NCBI GenBank assembly: GCA_963809895.1
Contig: CAWELD010000004.1
Coordinates: 195,356 to 259,355 of the forward strand
Length of the DNA: 64,000 nt
Direction: 5' to 3'
Source of the DNA: an uncultured Gemmatimonadales bacterium
GTDB taxonomy: Bacteria > Gemmatimonadota > Gemmatimonadetes > Longimicrobiales > Gaopeijiaceae
The notes beneath the pieces were generated by a model, which worked only from the letters and a program-made list of their open reading frames with translations, ran no database searches and was not told the origin of the DNA. The position numbers and the translations under genes are program-made. Below, piece after piece: positions 22,337 to 31,919 of the stretch (the stretch's first letter is position 1; each line of letters opens with the position of its first letter).

Positions 22337-22362
22337 GGGGATGGGACGAAAGGGAAGACGGA

Positions 22363-22989
22363 GTGCGCACCTTGATCGCGGGGGCGTTGCTGGCGGCGAC
22401 GCTCGCGCCCGCCGCCGTGCTCGGTCAGGAAGCCTCTCCGCTGTCGGTGTCGGTGGGGGCCGCCGCGACCCTGGCCGTGGGCGACGAGAGCGACTTTCTG
22501 GACGGTGGTATCGGGCCCTGGGCCGGGCTGACCTGGGCACCACCGAGCTCCAGTCATTTCCGGCTGGGCCTGGATGCGGCCTGGATTCCCTTCGCCGACG
22601 ACCGTGACGGACTCACCGGAGCCCGGGCCGACAACGTCGTCCTCACCGTGTTCCTGCGGCCCGAGCTGTACGCCGAGGCTGGTCCATTGCGGCCCTTCGT
22701 CGCCCTCGAGGCCGGCGCGGCCCTGGCCCACTGGCGCCTGCAGGACGCCAGCGGAAGCCGCAGCGGGTGGGAGAGCGCCGGCGCATGGGGAGGTGGCGCG
22801 GGCCTCGACGTCCAGGTGGCCGGAGGCCGGCATGCGGTCTCGCTGCGGGCCGGCGGCTGGATCGCCGACCTGGGCGAGCTGGCCCTGGGTCGAGCCCCCG
22901 ATCCGGCGAGCTCCACGAATGCTCCGGGCACCGTCGCCGTGAACATGGCGCTGCTCTCGCTCAGGCTGGGAGTCCAGATCGCGATGTAG
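22363..22989 (+). CDS. Outer membrane beta-barrel-like exported protein
   Basis: GTG start, signal peptide (LAPAAVLG-Q), LRPFV..GAA, AWGGGAGLDV, terminal strand LSLRLGVQI. Confidence 0.7.
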   Translation: MRTLIAGALLAATLAPAAVLGQEASPLSVSVGAAATLAVGDESDFLDGGIGPWAGLTWAPPSSSHFRLGLDAAWIPFADDRDGLTGARADNVVLTVFLRPELYAEAGPLRPFVALEAGAALAHWRLQDASGSRSGWESAGAWGGGAGLDVQVAGGRHAVSLRAGGWIADLGELALGRAPDPASSTNAPGTVAVNMALLSLRLGVQIAM

Positions 22990-23009
22990 ACGGGCGGGCT
23001 GCCCGCGGC

Positions 23010-24017
23010 TCACCCTCCCGCGTCCTGGAGTTGCTCCAGGATCAGGCGGTTCACCCGCTCCGGGACGCGTTCGGCGATCCAGTGGTCCACGCCCTCGATC
23101 ACCTCGAAGCGATACGGTCCGCTCACGAAATCCCGCGTAGCCTCGGCGGGGCCCCGTCCGAAGGCCGTGTCCTCGGTGGACCAGATGTACAGCGTAGGCA
23201 CCCGCACCGGGCTCGGCGCCGGCGGCGGCGCGGCGGCCCCGCCCGCGCTGGATCCTCCCCCCGATCCGCCACCGAATGCAGCCCCGTACCAGGCCAGCGC
23301 CGCGCGTAGCGCCGCGGGGTTGCCCAGAGCGTCCATGTAGACCCGCACCGCGTTCGGATCCAGGTCGCCCCAGAGCGATCGCAGATAGGCCGCATCGTCG
23401 GCCAGGAACCGCGCTTCGGCGCCGGGGGCGGCGAAGTCCGTGAAGTACGACGAGCGCCGGGCCTGGTCCGAACCCGCCTGCGCGCGGGCCGAGGACAGCG
23501 CGGCGTAGTGCGGTGTGGACAGGACGGTCAGCGTCCGCACCCGGTCCGGAAAGCGCGTGGCCACCACCCAGGCGACCGCGCCACCCCAGTCGTGTCCCAC
23601 CAGGTCGAAGCGCTCCCGACCCAACGCGTCGGCGATGGCCGCCACGTCGTCGGTCAGGTGCGTCATGGCGTAGGGTGCGACCCCGTCCGGACGCGCCCCG
23701 GGCGAATAACCGCGCTGGTCCGGCGCCACCGCCCGATAGCCGGCCGCGGCCAGCGCCCGCAGCTGGTGGCGAAACGCGAACGAGGTCTCGGGGAAGCCGT
23801 GCAGGAGCAGGACCAGCGGCCCGTCTTCGGGACCCGCGGCCCGAGCGTCGAAGACCATGGGTCCTACGGGAATCTGGATCATCTCGATCTCCTGGCGTGC
23901 GGCGGCGTCACCGATTCTGGCGCCCGGCTGCTGCGCCCCGACGAAGCCCACACCCACCCCATACCCCAGCACGAGTCCCGAAACCACGCTCGACAGCATC
24001 ATCCCACGGTCCTCCAC
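23010..24017 (-). CDS. Alpha/beta hydrolase (epoxide hydrolase-like)
   Basis: LLLHGFPE, APDQRGYS, GHDWGG nucleophile motif, C-terminal His (GVDHW). Confidence 0.92.
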   Translation of the reverse strand: MEDRGMMLSSVVSGLVLGYGVGVGFVGAQQPGARIGDAAARQEIEMIQIPVGPMVFDARAAGPEDGPLVLLLHGFPETSFAFRHQLRALAAAGYRAVAPDQRGYSPGARPDGVAPYAMTHLTDDVAAIADALGRERFDLVGHDWGGAVAWVVATRFPDRVRTLTVLSTPHYAALSSARAQAGSDQARRSSYFTDFAAPGAEARFLADDAAYLRSLWGDLDPNAVRVYMDALGNPAALRAALAWYGAAFGGGSGGGSSAGGAAAPPPAPSPVRVPTLYIWSTEDTAFGRGPAEATRDFVSGPYRFEVIEGVDHWIAERVPERVNRLILEQLQDAGG

Positions 24018-24149
24018 CGTCTCTGGACCACACGGGGCAGCGATCCCCCGAACTCCGGCTCAGTGTACGGCACGCTCGCGGTCTCCATACAGCCGATTCG
24101 GTCAACGGCGGTTTCGAGACGGTGAAGCAGGGAATCGCTCGGTGAGTCG

Positions 24150-25385
24150 TCACCCGCCGGGCCGGCCATCGGCTCTCTTCAGGTCGTACAGCTCCACCGT
24201 CTGCTCGCCCAGCGCGTCGTGTCCGAGACCCAGCATCCAGTCGCGGCCGACATCGGTGAGGTAGAGAGAGGCAGGGACGTTCACGGAGCCGACCACGGTT
24301 CCCACGCTGTCGTAGACCATCCAGCGCTGCAACTCCTCACCCGGAGCACGATACTCCTCGACCCACAGATAGCCGAGGCGATCCGCGAGCAGCCGCTCGT
24401 AGGCCGGCATGGTCTCGGGCCAGGGGGCGTCGTCGAGGCTGCGGCGCAGCCGTGGGCGGGCCTCCTCGGACGCCCGCTCGGTGGCGGCCTCGACCGCGGT
24501 CCGGATGTCGGCGTCCGTGACGGGACGGGGGGGGCGTGCCACCCGGAGGATGCGCACCAGCGCTCCTTCCGAATCGTAGGTGCGGACTTCGTAGCTGTGG
24601 GCTTCTCCTGCGTGGAAGGCGGTGGCGCCCACCGCGTACGCCGGCTCGGCAGACAGCGGAACGCGGGTGAAGCTCATCCCCTGATCCGTGATCTGGAAGT
24701 AGAGGGGACGATCCGGCAGCGTGTCCACGGCCGGCTCCAGGGTGCCTTCGGGACTCACGAGCCGGAGCGGCATGGCCGGAGCCATCAGGGTGCCACTCGC
24801 CGGATCGCCCAGCGAGCCGGCCGGGCCGCTGATCACGGCCCAGCCCGAGGCGAGCATCCCCCGCGCCGTCAGGGAGGGGCGTCCGTCCGGCGCGTACGAG
24901 CGCACCACCGTGCGCTCGGGTCCCACCATCGAGAAGCGGGCGCTGCGGGCATCGTAGAGGAGGATGGAATCCCCGGGCAGCATGCCCAGCAGGGTGAGCG
25001 ACTGGAATTCGCCCGGGCCCTGACCGCTTCGGCCCACGGACCCCGCGAACTCCCCCTCGGTGTCGAAGAACCGCAGCTCACCGGTTCCCGAGTTCGCCAC
25101 CGCGATCCCACCGTCGGGGGTGCGCACCGCCCTGGTGGCCTGATAGAACTCCTGCATCTCGTCGCCTGAAGCAGAACCGAGAACGACGATCGGGTCGGGG
25201 CTCACGCGCCACCCCGAGGGCAGCTCCGGCGGAAGCGGGCCGTAGTCGACGAGCATGATTCCGGCGCTGTCCCGCACCGCCGGTCGCCGATCGATCGCCC
25301 CGCCTTCGGTGCCGCTGCCACACGCGATCATCGCGAGCGTCAGCAGAGCGCTCGACGGCCCTCGCATTCCCGACCCTCTCCCCAT
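24150..25385 (-). CDS. 6-bladed beta-propeller/NHL-like lipoprotein
   Basis: Lipobox-like MIAC; RDSAGI; GRSGQGPGEFQS; DRLGYLWV; GHDALGEQTV. Confidence 0.8.
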   Translation of the reverse strand: MGRGSGMRGPSSALLTLAMIACGSGTEGGAIDRRPAVRDSAGIMLVDYGPLPPELPSGWRVSPDPIVVLGSASGDEMQEFYQATRAVRTPDGGIAVANSGTGELRFFDTEGEFAGSVGRSGQGPGEFQSLTLLGMLPGDSILLYDARSARFSMVGPERTVVRSYAPDGRPSLTARGMLASGWAVISGPAGSLGDPASGTLMAPAMPLRLVSPEGTLEPAVDTLPDRPLYFQITDQGMSFTRVPLSAEPAYAVGATAFHAGEAHSYEVRTYDSEGALVRILRVARPPRPVTDADIRTAVEAATERASEEARPRLRRSLDDAPWPETMPAYERLLADRLGYLWVEEYRAPGEELQRWMVYDSVGTVVGSVNVPASLYLTDVGRDWMLGLGHDALGEQTVELYDLKRADGRPGG

Positions 25386-25671
25386 GCTGCCTCCACGATG
25401 TGTTCTACGCACGTCGAAGCAAGAAAGCGACATCGAGCGCCCCGAGCAACCGCGGCCAGCGTGCGACCGGCGTTTCACGAAACGGTGCCAGAAGTCGAAA
25501 CATGTTCCACGGAACGATCATCGTCACCGAAGCCCGACGCTCCGATTCTACAAGATGCATGGCTGCAACCACTTGGGCCCACCGCTCCCGTTACCGCCGA
25601 TCCGGCACGCGCCGTGCTTCGAGAGAACGGAAGCGAACGCGATACCACCCCCCATACGCGGAGAACCTGTC

Positions 25672-25935
25672 ATGAAGAAGCCGATGATGCTCATACTTGC
25701 CTTGGCGCTGGCGGCCTGCGGCGGACAACAGAACGACGAAGGCATGAACGATTCCGACATGATGGCCGACAGCACCCAGATGGAGCAGATGGACGAGATG
25801 GCTCCCGACTCCGGCATGATGATGGAGGACACTGCGAACATGGGCGCGGATACCATGGACGCCGGTAGCATGGACGAGGGCTCGATGGACGAAGGCGGGA
25901 TGGACGACGACGGCTCGGACATGGGGAATCGGTGA
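25672..25935 (+). CDS. Methionine-rich acidic lipoprotein (MXXXX pentapeptide repeats)
   Basis: ATG after GGAGA; LAAC lipobox; 15 Met in the 72-aa mature part; MDAGS-MDEGS-MDEGG-MDDDG. Confidence 0.85.
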   Translation: MKKPMMLILALALAACGGQQNDEGMNDSDMMADSTQMEQMDEMAPDSGMMMEDTANMGADTMDAGSMDEGSMDEGGMDDDGSDMGNR

Positions 25936-26591
25936 AGAAACGCCACCACTGGATCGTCCGCGTCACGCACTGGAGCGTGGCGATCCTGCTCTTCGGGATG
26001 ATCGGCAGCGGGCTGCAGATCTACCGGGCCTATCCCCGCTTCGGGAACCGTGGAGGCCCCTACCTCCCGCAGCCGTTCCAGGACGTGGTCTTTCCGGGGT
26101 GGGCGCGCCTGGGTGGCTGGCTCGCGGGCGGCATCAACTGGCACTTCTTCCTGATGTGGCCGCTGATGCTCGCGGGCCTGACCTACCTGCTCTACATGGC
26201 CCTGTCGGGCGAGTGGAAGAAGCTCGTCTTCCGCCCCCGCGACGTGAAGCCCGCGGTGGAGATGCAGAAATACTATCTGCGACTCCGTAAGGACCATCCG
26301 CCACAGGGCAAGCACAACGCCCTGCAGAAGTTGGCGTATACGTTCATCATCCTCCTGGGCATGCTGTCGGTCGCCACCGGATGGGCCGTTTACAAACCCG
26401 TCCAGTTGCACTGGCTCACGGCGTTGTTCGGGGGATTCCAGGCGGCCCGCTACTGGCACTTCTGGGCGGTATGGCTGTTCGTGGGATTCACCGTGGTCCA
26501 CGTGGCGCTGGTGTTCCTGGCCGATCCGGCCTCGCTGCGCGCCATGATCACCGGCAGCTACCGGGGGAGGTATACGAGCGATGAGCCGTAA
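25932..26591 (+). CDS. Cytochrome b/b6 domain membrane protein
   Basis: VRVTHW, WHF, GKHNALQKLAY, ARYWHF, VVHV haem-ligand His; 4 TM segments. Confidence 0.9.
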   Translation: MKKRHHWIVRVTHWSVAILLFGMIGSGLQIYRAYPRFGNRGGPYLPQPFQDVVFPGWARLGGWLAGGINWHFFLMWPLMLAGLTYLLYMALSGEWKKLVFRPRDVKPAVEMQKYYLRLRKDHPPQGKHNALQKLAYTFIILLGMLSVATGWAVYKPVQLHWLTALFGGFQAARYWHFWAVWLFVGFTVVHVALVFLADPASLRAMITGSYRGRYTSDEP

Positions 26592-27279
26592 TCCGGGCCG
26601 GCGGGCCTTCCTGGCCAGCGGTCTCGCCACGCTGCTGGCGGCGTGCGGGTGGGACGGCGGTACCCTCCTGCGCCCCCGTCTCAAGCGGTTTTCCCGCGTC
26701 AACGACTGGCTGAGCCGAGCCCTCTTTTCCGACACGCGCCTGGCACCGAAGTACGATCCCTCGGAGCGTTCCAGCAGCTTTCCGGCGTATCACATCAGCC
26801 GCATGACACCGACGCTCGACGATCCCGCGGGATGGCGCCTGCAGGTGGGGGGCATGGTGGATCGACCCCTCGAGCTCTCGCTGGACGACCTCAGAGGCCA
26901 GCCGCCGCTGACGTACACGGTCAAGCACCACTGCGTCGAGGGATGGTCGGCCATCGCGACCTGGACCGGCGTGCCGCTGCGCACCGTGGCCGACATGGCC
27001 GGGGTGCAGCCCGGCGCGGCCTACGTTCGCTTCGACTCCTTCGACCAGGGCTACTACAACGGCTGGGACCTGGAGTCGGCGCTCCATCCCGAGACCATCC
27101 TGGCCTACCGCTTCAACGATGCCGATCTCATGCCGGATCACGGCGCGCCGCTGCGGCTGTACGCCCCGCACAAGCTGGGCTACAAGCTCACGAAGTATCT
27201 GACGCGCATCACCTTCACCGACGAGCGCCCGGGGGGCTACTGGGAGGACCAGGGCTACCCGTGGTACGGGGGCGTATGA
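26581..27279 (+). CDS. Molybdopterin-dependent oxidoreductase (sulfite oxidase/MsrP family), Tat-exported
   Basis: RRAFL Tat motif, HHCVEGWSAIATWTGV, HGAPLRL, KLGYKLTKYL, GGYWEDQGY. Confidence 0.92.
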   Translation: MSRNPGRRAFLASGLATLLAACGWDGGTLLRPRLKRFSRVNDWLSRALFSDTRLAPKYDPSERSSSFPAYHISRMTPTLDDPAGWRLQVGGMVDRPLELSLDDLRGQPPLTYTVKHHCVEGWSAIATWTGVPLRTVADMAGVQPGAAYVRFDSFDQGYYNGWDLESALHPETILAYRFNDADLMPDHGAPLRLYAPHKLGYKLTKYLTRITFTDERPGGYWEDQGYPWYGGV

Positions 27280-27569
27280 AGCCGCGGCCGAGGAACCTCG
27301 GAGATCGCATATCCGAACGCGGCGTCGGGAACCTCCCCGCGCCGAGGATATTCGCGCTCGCCCTGTCGGCCATCCTCGCCGTCGCCCCCGCGGGCTGCGA
27401 CCACGAGCAGGACATGCCGGAGCGCATGGAGATGCCCGACACGATGCCCGTGATGCGGGCGCTCGAGAACCCCTCGGCGCGGGATTCCATGTTGGACAGC
27501 ATGCCTGGAGGCGAGATGGTGCGCGGTGATTCGGCCGCCGCCATGAGGCTGCTGAAGAAGAAGATGTAG
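27276..27569 (+). CDS. Second methionine-rich putative lipoprotein
   Basis: ATGA overlap with the oxidoreductase; hydrophobic stretch then AGC; 10 Met in the 57-aa mature part. Confidence 0.65.
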   Translation: MKPRPRNLGDRISERGVGNLPAPRIFALALSAILAVAPAGCDHEQDMPERMEMPDTMPVMRALENPSARDSMLDSMPGGEMVRGDSAAAMRLLKKKM

Positions 27570-27577
27570 TCCGCCGC

Positions 27578-28033
27578 TCAGCGCCGAATCAGCACAACGC
27601 GGATCGTCATGTCGCCGAAGGTCTCCTCACCCTCGAGGCGATCTCCGTCGGACGCGAAAGGCATGTCACGGAGAAAGGTGTCCGCGTCGTGCGCCAGCGT
27701 CACCACACCGTCCTCGACGCTCCACGTCCCGGTGAGATCCTCATCCATGTCACCGCCGTCCTCATCGCCCCCGGGCACGAACAGCCGTCCCCCGGTCGTA
27801 CCGTCGTCGGCCAGTTCGAGGACGATGGAAGCGCCTTGGGCGAGCCAGTCCGTCTCGTCGTCGCCGTCAGCCGTGCTCGTGGTGAACGTGATGGCGCCGA
27901 AGGGCCCTTCGGCGGTGTAGGAGCCGGCCAGGACGGTCAGGGGCGGACCCGTGACGTCATCGGCTCGACACGCGAGCAGCGCGGACAGGGTGGTCAGACA
28001 GAGTAGGGCGGATGCAGTGGTCCAACGTCGCAT
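27578..28033 (-). CDS. Hypothetical lipoprotein (lipocalin-like beta fold possible)
   Basis: ATG after GAGGAG; LLAC lipobox; LAGSY, LTGTWSV. Confidence 0.75.
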   Translation of the reverse strand: MRRWTTASALLCLTTLSALLACRADDVTGPPLTVLAGSYTAEGPFGAITFTTSTADGDDETDWLAQGASIVLELADDGTTGGRLFVPGGDEDGGDMDEDLTGTWSVEDGVVTLAHDADTFLRDMPFASDGDRLEGEETFGDMTIRVVLIRR

Positions 28034-28207
28034 GATCCTCTCCTCGATGACTGGTATGTTCACTTGGCGGTCGGCCTTTCGTCCGCCGTCGTTCGTGCAA
28101 TGTCTCGTCGTCCACTCTTCTGACGGCCGCCGACGGGTTGTCAGAAACGGTGCGGCTGGTCCATTCCGCTGGTGAGCACACCAGGACTCGCACCTGCCAG
28201 GACTCGC

Positions 28208-30640
28208 ATGCGATACGTGTCGACTCTGCTGATTGCCATCCACGTCGGCGTGGCTGGCGTGGTGGCGCCCGCCAGGGCGCAGGAGGGCGGGCGCACGCCC
28301 CTGACCGGCGTCGTGATGGACGCCACTGACGGCTCGCCGCTGGCCGACGCGCAGGTCACCCTCATGCGGACCTCCCCTCCTCCCGTCGTGGACTCGGTCG
28401 TGCAGCGCATCGTCACGGACGCGCGCGGGACGTACCGCTTCGAACGGGTCCGTCCGGGTCGCTATCTGGTGCGCGTGGAACGGCTCGGGTATCGGACGGT
28501 GACCCTTCGCGTCGGCGGATCGAGCCGGGGATGGCCGGAGCTTTCCGTGGGCCTGCAGATCGAACCCATCAGCCTCGAACCCGTGACGGTGGTGGGGAAG
28601 GGCGAGGTGGAAATCGTGGACCGCGAGGGTGGAGTGAGCACCCTGGGACGGGTCTCGGCGGTTTTGCTACGGCAGCGGCAGGACCTGATCTCCGATGCCC
28701 GCTTGATCTCGCCCGCCGATCTGCGCGAATCCGCGAGCCTGGGCGAGCAGGACGTGTTCCGCACGATCCAGCGGCTTCCCGGAGTAGCGACCCGAGACGA
28801 CTACAGCGCCGAGCTGTGGACCCGCGGCGCCTCGTGGGGTGAGACCCGTGTCTACCTCGATGGCCTGCCGCTCTTCAATCCGCTGCACGGGTTCGGGCTG
28901 CTGTCGGGCATGAGCTACCACGGCCTGGCCACCGCCTCGTTCCATCCCGGGGCGCGCCCCGTGGACCTGCCCGAGGGCTCGGCGGGCCGCCTCGACCTGC
29001 GTTCCCGCTCCGGCATCGGCACCGGCGACCTCGATGCCGGCGTGGAGCTCAGCCTCGCTGGGGTTCACGGCTGGGGACGTGACGCCTTCCAGGACGGGCG
29101 GGGAGGATGGATGCTGGCCACGCGGCGGAGCTACGCCGATTTGGTGGCCGACCGCGTGGCGAGCAGCGACGAGGACCGGTTCCCGTACCTGTTCCAGGAC
29201 GCGCTGACACGCCTGGACGTGGACCTGGGCGAGGGCCGTCGGCTTGCAGTGACCGGACTGTGGGAGGCCGACGCCCTGGAGGACGAGATCGCCGACGTGA
29301 TCCACGGCGCCAAGGCCTCGTGGGGGAACCGCGCCGCCGGCGCGACCCTGACTTTTCCGCTGTCCCGTTTCATCGCCGAGCAGCGTGTAGGCGCCTCGCT
29401 CTACCACGCCGACGTGAAGGCCATTCCCAGCCGCTTCGACGACCAGTTCAGCGCTCCCACCGAGCCCCCGGCCCGCCACCGCGTGGCCTATCTCATTGTG
29501 GCGGGCAACCTCACGGGCACAGGCGAGACGGGCATCCGACTCGGTTACGACCTGGTGCATCAGAGCGCGAGCTACCAGGGACCGGAGCCCTGGCCCTACT
29601 CTCGCCGTCCGCCGGATCTCCTGGACGTGGATGACGAAAGCTCGCTCACGCGCCTGGGCGCCTGGGTCGAATGGCGCGGACGGCTGCTTCCATCGCTCCA
29701 GCTCGAGGGCGGGCTGCGCCTGGACGCCGGCTCCGAGGTGGAGGGGGCACGAGTCCAGGCACAACCGACCGTGCTGGCCCGGCTGGAGGTGTCTCCCGCG
29801 CTCTCACTGTCGGCTGGCGCCGGACGCTATCTGCAATACTCCCAGTCTCCGGCGTCGGTGGGGCCCCGATTCGAGCGCTCTCTCGAAGCCGGCCGCCTCT
29901 GGGTGCTGGCGGGGCCGGACCGTGAGCCCCTGGTGGCGAATATCGCGACCGTGGGCGCGGAAGCCTGGCTCGGCCCGGCCTGGATCCTGTCGATGACGGG
30001 CTACGTGCGGAGAAGCGAGGGAGTGATCCTTCCGGATCCCACTCCGGGGCTCATCGTGCAGCGCTCGCCACTGGTGACCGGGCGCACCCATGCCCGGGGC
30101 CTGGACCTCGTTCTGCGCCGACTCTCGGGCCGCGTCACCGGCTCCATCGCCTACAGCCTGGCTCGAGCCCGAGCCCACGCGAGCGGAATCGACGTTCCCG
30201 CTCCCACCGATCGGGCTCGGGTCCTGGACATCACGGCGCGCACGCAGCTCGGGCGCGGCATCGGTCTGGCCACGGCGTACACCTGGGCCTCCGGCGCCCC
30301 CTTCGCCCGCACGCTCGACCGCTGCGTGGGCGAGACCTGTCGGGCCGCCTCCTTCCTCGAAGCGCCGTTCCGCAGGCGCTCGCCGGACTACGCGAGTCTG
30401 GATCTGGTGGTGGACTGGAGCCATCGCTTCGGCGGCTGGTCGCTCGGCGGGTTCCTGCAGGCCCGCAATATCCTCGGGCACGACAACGCCGTGACCTACG
30501 AAGGCACGTCGGAGCGCTGTCTCAGCGGAGCACAGGCCAGCGAAGGAAGCTGTCCCGACGGCAGCACGCTCATCGAAGAAGACACGTTCACGCCGGGCAT
30601 TCCGACGATCCCGCTCATCGGGCTGCGGATCTCGTTCTGA
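28208..30640 (+). CDS. TonB-dependent receptor
   Basis: Signal peptide, CarboxypepD_reg-like domain, plug DVFRTIQRLPGV..YLDGLPLFNP, terminal IGLRISF. Confidence 0.9.
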   Translation: MRYVSTLLIAIHVGVAGVVAPARAQEGGRTPLTGVVMDATDGSPLADAQVTLMRTSPPPVVDSVVQRIVTDARGTYRFERVRPGRYLVRVERLGYRTVTLRVGGSSRGWPELSVGLQIEPISLEPVTVVGKGEVEIVDREGGVSTLGRVSAVLLRQRQDLISDARLISPADLRESASLGEQDVFRTIQRLPGVATRDDYSAELWTRGASWGETRVYLDGLPLFNPLHGFGLLSGMSYHGLATASFHPGARPVDLPEGSAGRLDLRSRSGIGTGDLDAGVELSLAGVHGWGRDAFQDGRGGWMLATRRSYADLVADRVASSDEDRFPYLFQDALTRLDVDLGEGRRLAVTGLWEADALEDEIADVIHGAKASWGNRAAGATLTFPLSRFIAEQRVGASLYHADVKAIPSRFDDQFSAPTEPPARHRVAYLIVAGNLTGTGETGIRLGYDLVHQSASYQGPEPWPYSRRPPDLLDVDDESSLTRLGAWVEWRGRLLPSLQLEGGLRLDAGSEVEGARVQAQPTVLARLEVSPALSLSAGAGRYLQYSQSPASVGPRFERSLEAGRLWVLAGPDREPLVANIATVGAEAWLGPAWILSMTGYVRRSEGVILPDPTPGLIVQRSPLVTGRTHARGLDLVLRRLSGRVTGSIAYSLARARAHASGIDVPAPTDRARVLDITARTQLGRGIGLATAYTWASGAPFARTLDRCVGETCRAASFLEAPFRRRSPDYASLDLVVDWSHRFGGWSLGGFLQARNILGHDNAVTYEGTSERCLSGAQASEGSCPDGSTLIEEDTFTPGIPTIPLIGLRISF

Positions 30641-30645
30641 CGATC

Positions 30646-31149
30646 ATGGCCCTGGACGCCGATGCCCTCTTCCGCCGACACCACCTGCCGCTCTTTCGGT
30701 ATCTCGTGCGCCTCTCCGGCGACGAGAGCGCCGCGCGCGACGCCGTGCAGCACGCATTCCTCAAGCTCTTGGAGTCCCCACCCAGACCCCACAACGTGCG
30801 CGCCTGGATCTACCGGGTGGCCACCAATGCGCTTCGTGAGACGAAGCGGACGGAGCAGCGGCGGGCGACGCTGCGAACCGAGCAGGCTCCCAGGATGCCC
30901 GTGGGGGATCCCCCGCCTGCGCCGGACCGCCTCGCCGAGCGGCGGCAGGCCCGGGAACAACTGCACCGCGCGCTGGGCGAGATGAGAGAGCGCGACCGCA
31001 TGCTGCTCCTGTTGCGGGCCGAAGGATTCACCCACCGCGAGATGGCCGAAGCCGTGGGAACCACCACCGGGTCCGTGGGGACCCTCATCGCTCGGGCGCT
31101 GGAGCGGCTCTCCACGATCCTCGACTCCCACGGAGGCGACGCCGCATGA
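30646..31149 (+). CDS. ECF RNA polymerase sigma factor
   Basis: ARDAVQHAFLKL, WIYRVATN, EGFTHREMAEAVGTTTGSVGTLIARA. Confidence 0.93.
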   Translation: MALDADALFRRHHLPLFRYLVRLSGDESAARDAVQHAFLKLLESPPRPHNVRAWIYRVATNALRETKRTEQRRATLRTEQAPRMPVGDPPPAPDRLAERRQAREQLHRALGEMRERDRMLLLLRAEGFTHREMAEAVGTTTGSVGTLIARALERLSTILDSHGGDAA

Positions 31150-31910
31150 CCCGCGACGCACACCTGGACGACCACGCACTCCTCCGTCTTGCGGACGGGG
31201 CCGATGCGGGCGCAGCGGCCCGGCACCTGGAGCGTTGCCCCGAGTGCCGGGCACGGCTCGACGGTCTGACGCGAGCCTCCGACCGTTTCGCCGATCTCCT
31301 GGAGCTCGCCACGCCGCTGGAGCCGGTGCCCGAATACGATGCCGCCTTCCTGCGCCGGCTTCCGGGAAACAGCGCCGGCAGCGCGGACCGTAAGAGCGTC
31401 CGCAAGCGTGGTTGGATCCTGCTGCTGGCGGCAGGCCTGGCAGCCCTGCTGATCTCGGTGTCACCCGCCGGCGCATGGCTCGCCCGACATCTGTCCCCGT
31501 TGTTCGGAGGCGCCGGAACGCGGGCAGCCAGCTCGCTCCCGGCTCCTGCGGTGGCCAGCGAGGAGTCTCCCGGTGAAAGCGAGGTCTCGGCACGCACGTC
31601 GGCTGCCGTGTTCGTGGTGCACCTCGCCGGAGACGCCCTTCCCAGCGGAGTCCGCATCCGGGTGGCCGCGGCGGGGGCAGAACCGGGTCTGGTCTCTGCG
31701 CGGCTCATGCCGGGAGGTGCCGTCGGATCCGTCCTGGTGGAGCCCGACGCCTTCCGCATCCGTGCCACCGCCCGCGACACCCTCGACGTGACGGTGCCAC
31801 CGACCGTGCGGCGGGTGCGGGTGTTCATCGATGAACGGGTCGTGGCCGAGCCCGACGCTGAAGAGCTCCGCGCGACCGGTGCATGGCTGGACTTCACCGG
31901 AGGAGCGTGA
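31146..31910 (+). CDS. Zinc-binding (ZAS) transmembrane anti-sigma factor
   Basis: HLERCPEC HxxxCxxC motif, one TM, periplasmic tail; ATGA-coupled to the sigma gene. Confidence 0.85.
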   Translation: MTRDAHLDDHALLRLADGADAGAAARHLERCPECRARLDGLTRASDRFADLLELATPLEPVPEYDAAFLRRLPGNSAGSADRKSVRKRGWILLLAAGLAALLISVSPAGAWLARHLSPLFGGAGTRAASSLPAPAVASEESPGESEVSARTSAAVFVVHLAGDALPSGVRIRVAAAGAEPGLVSARLMPGGAVGSVLVEPDAFRIRATARDTLDVTVPPTVRRVRVFIDERVVAEPDAEELRATGAWLDFTGGA

Positions 31911-31919
31911 GCGCGCGTG

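Noticed and set aside
25564..25593. ECF-type promoter (GCAAC...CGTT) for the Met-rich operon
   Set aside because: AAC-to-CGT spacing is 19 nt, longer than usual; the nearby CGGCAC-N5-GTGCT sigma54-like site (25603-25618) is also too weak to call
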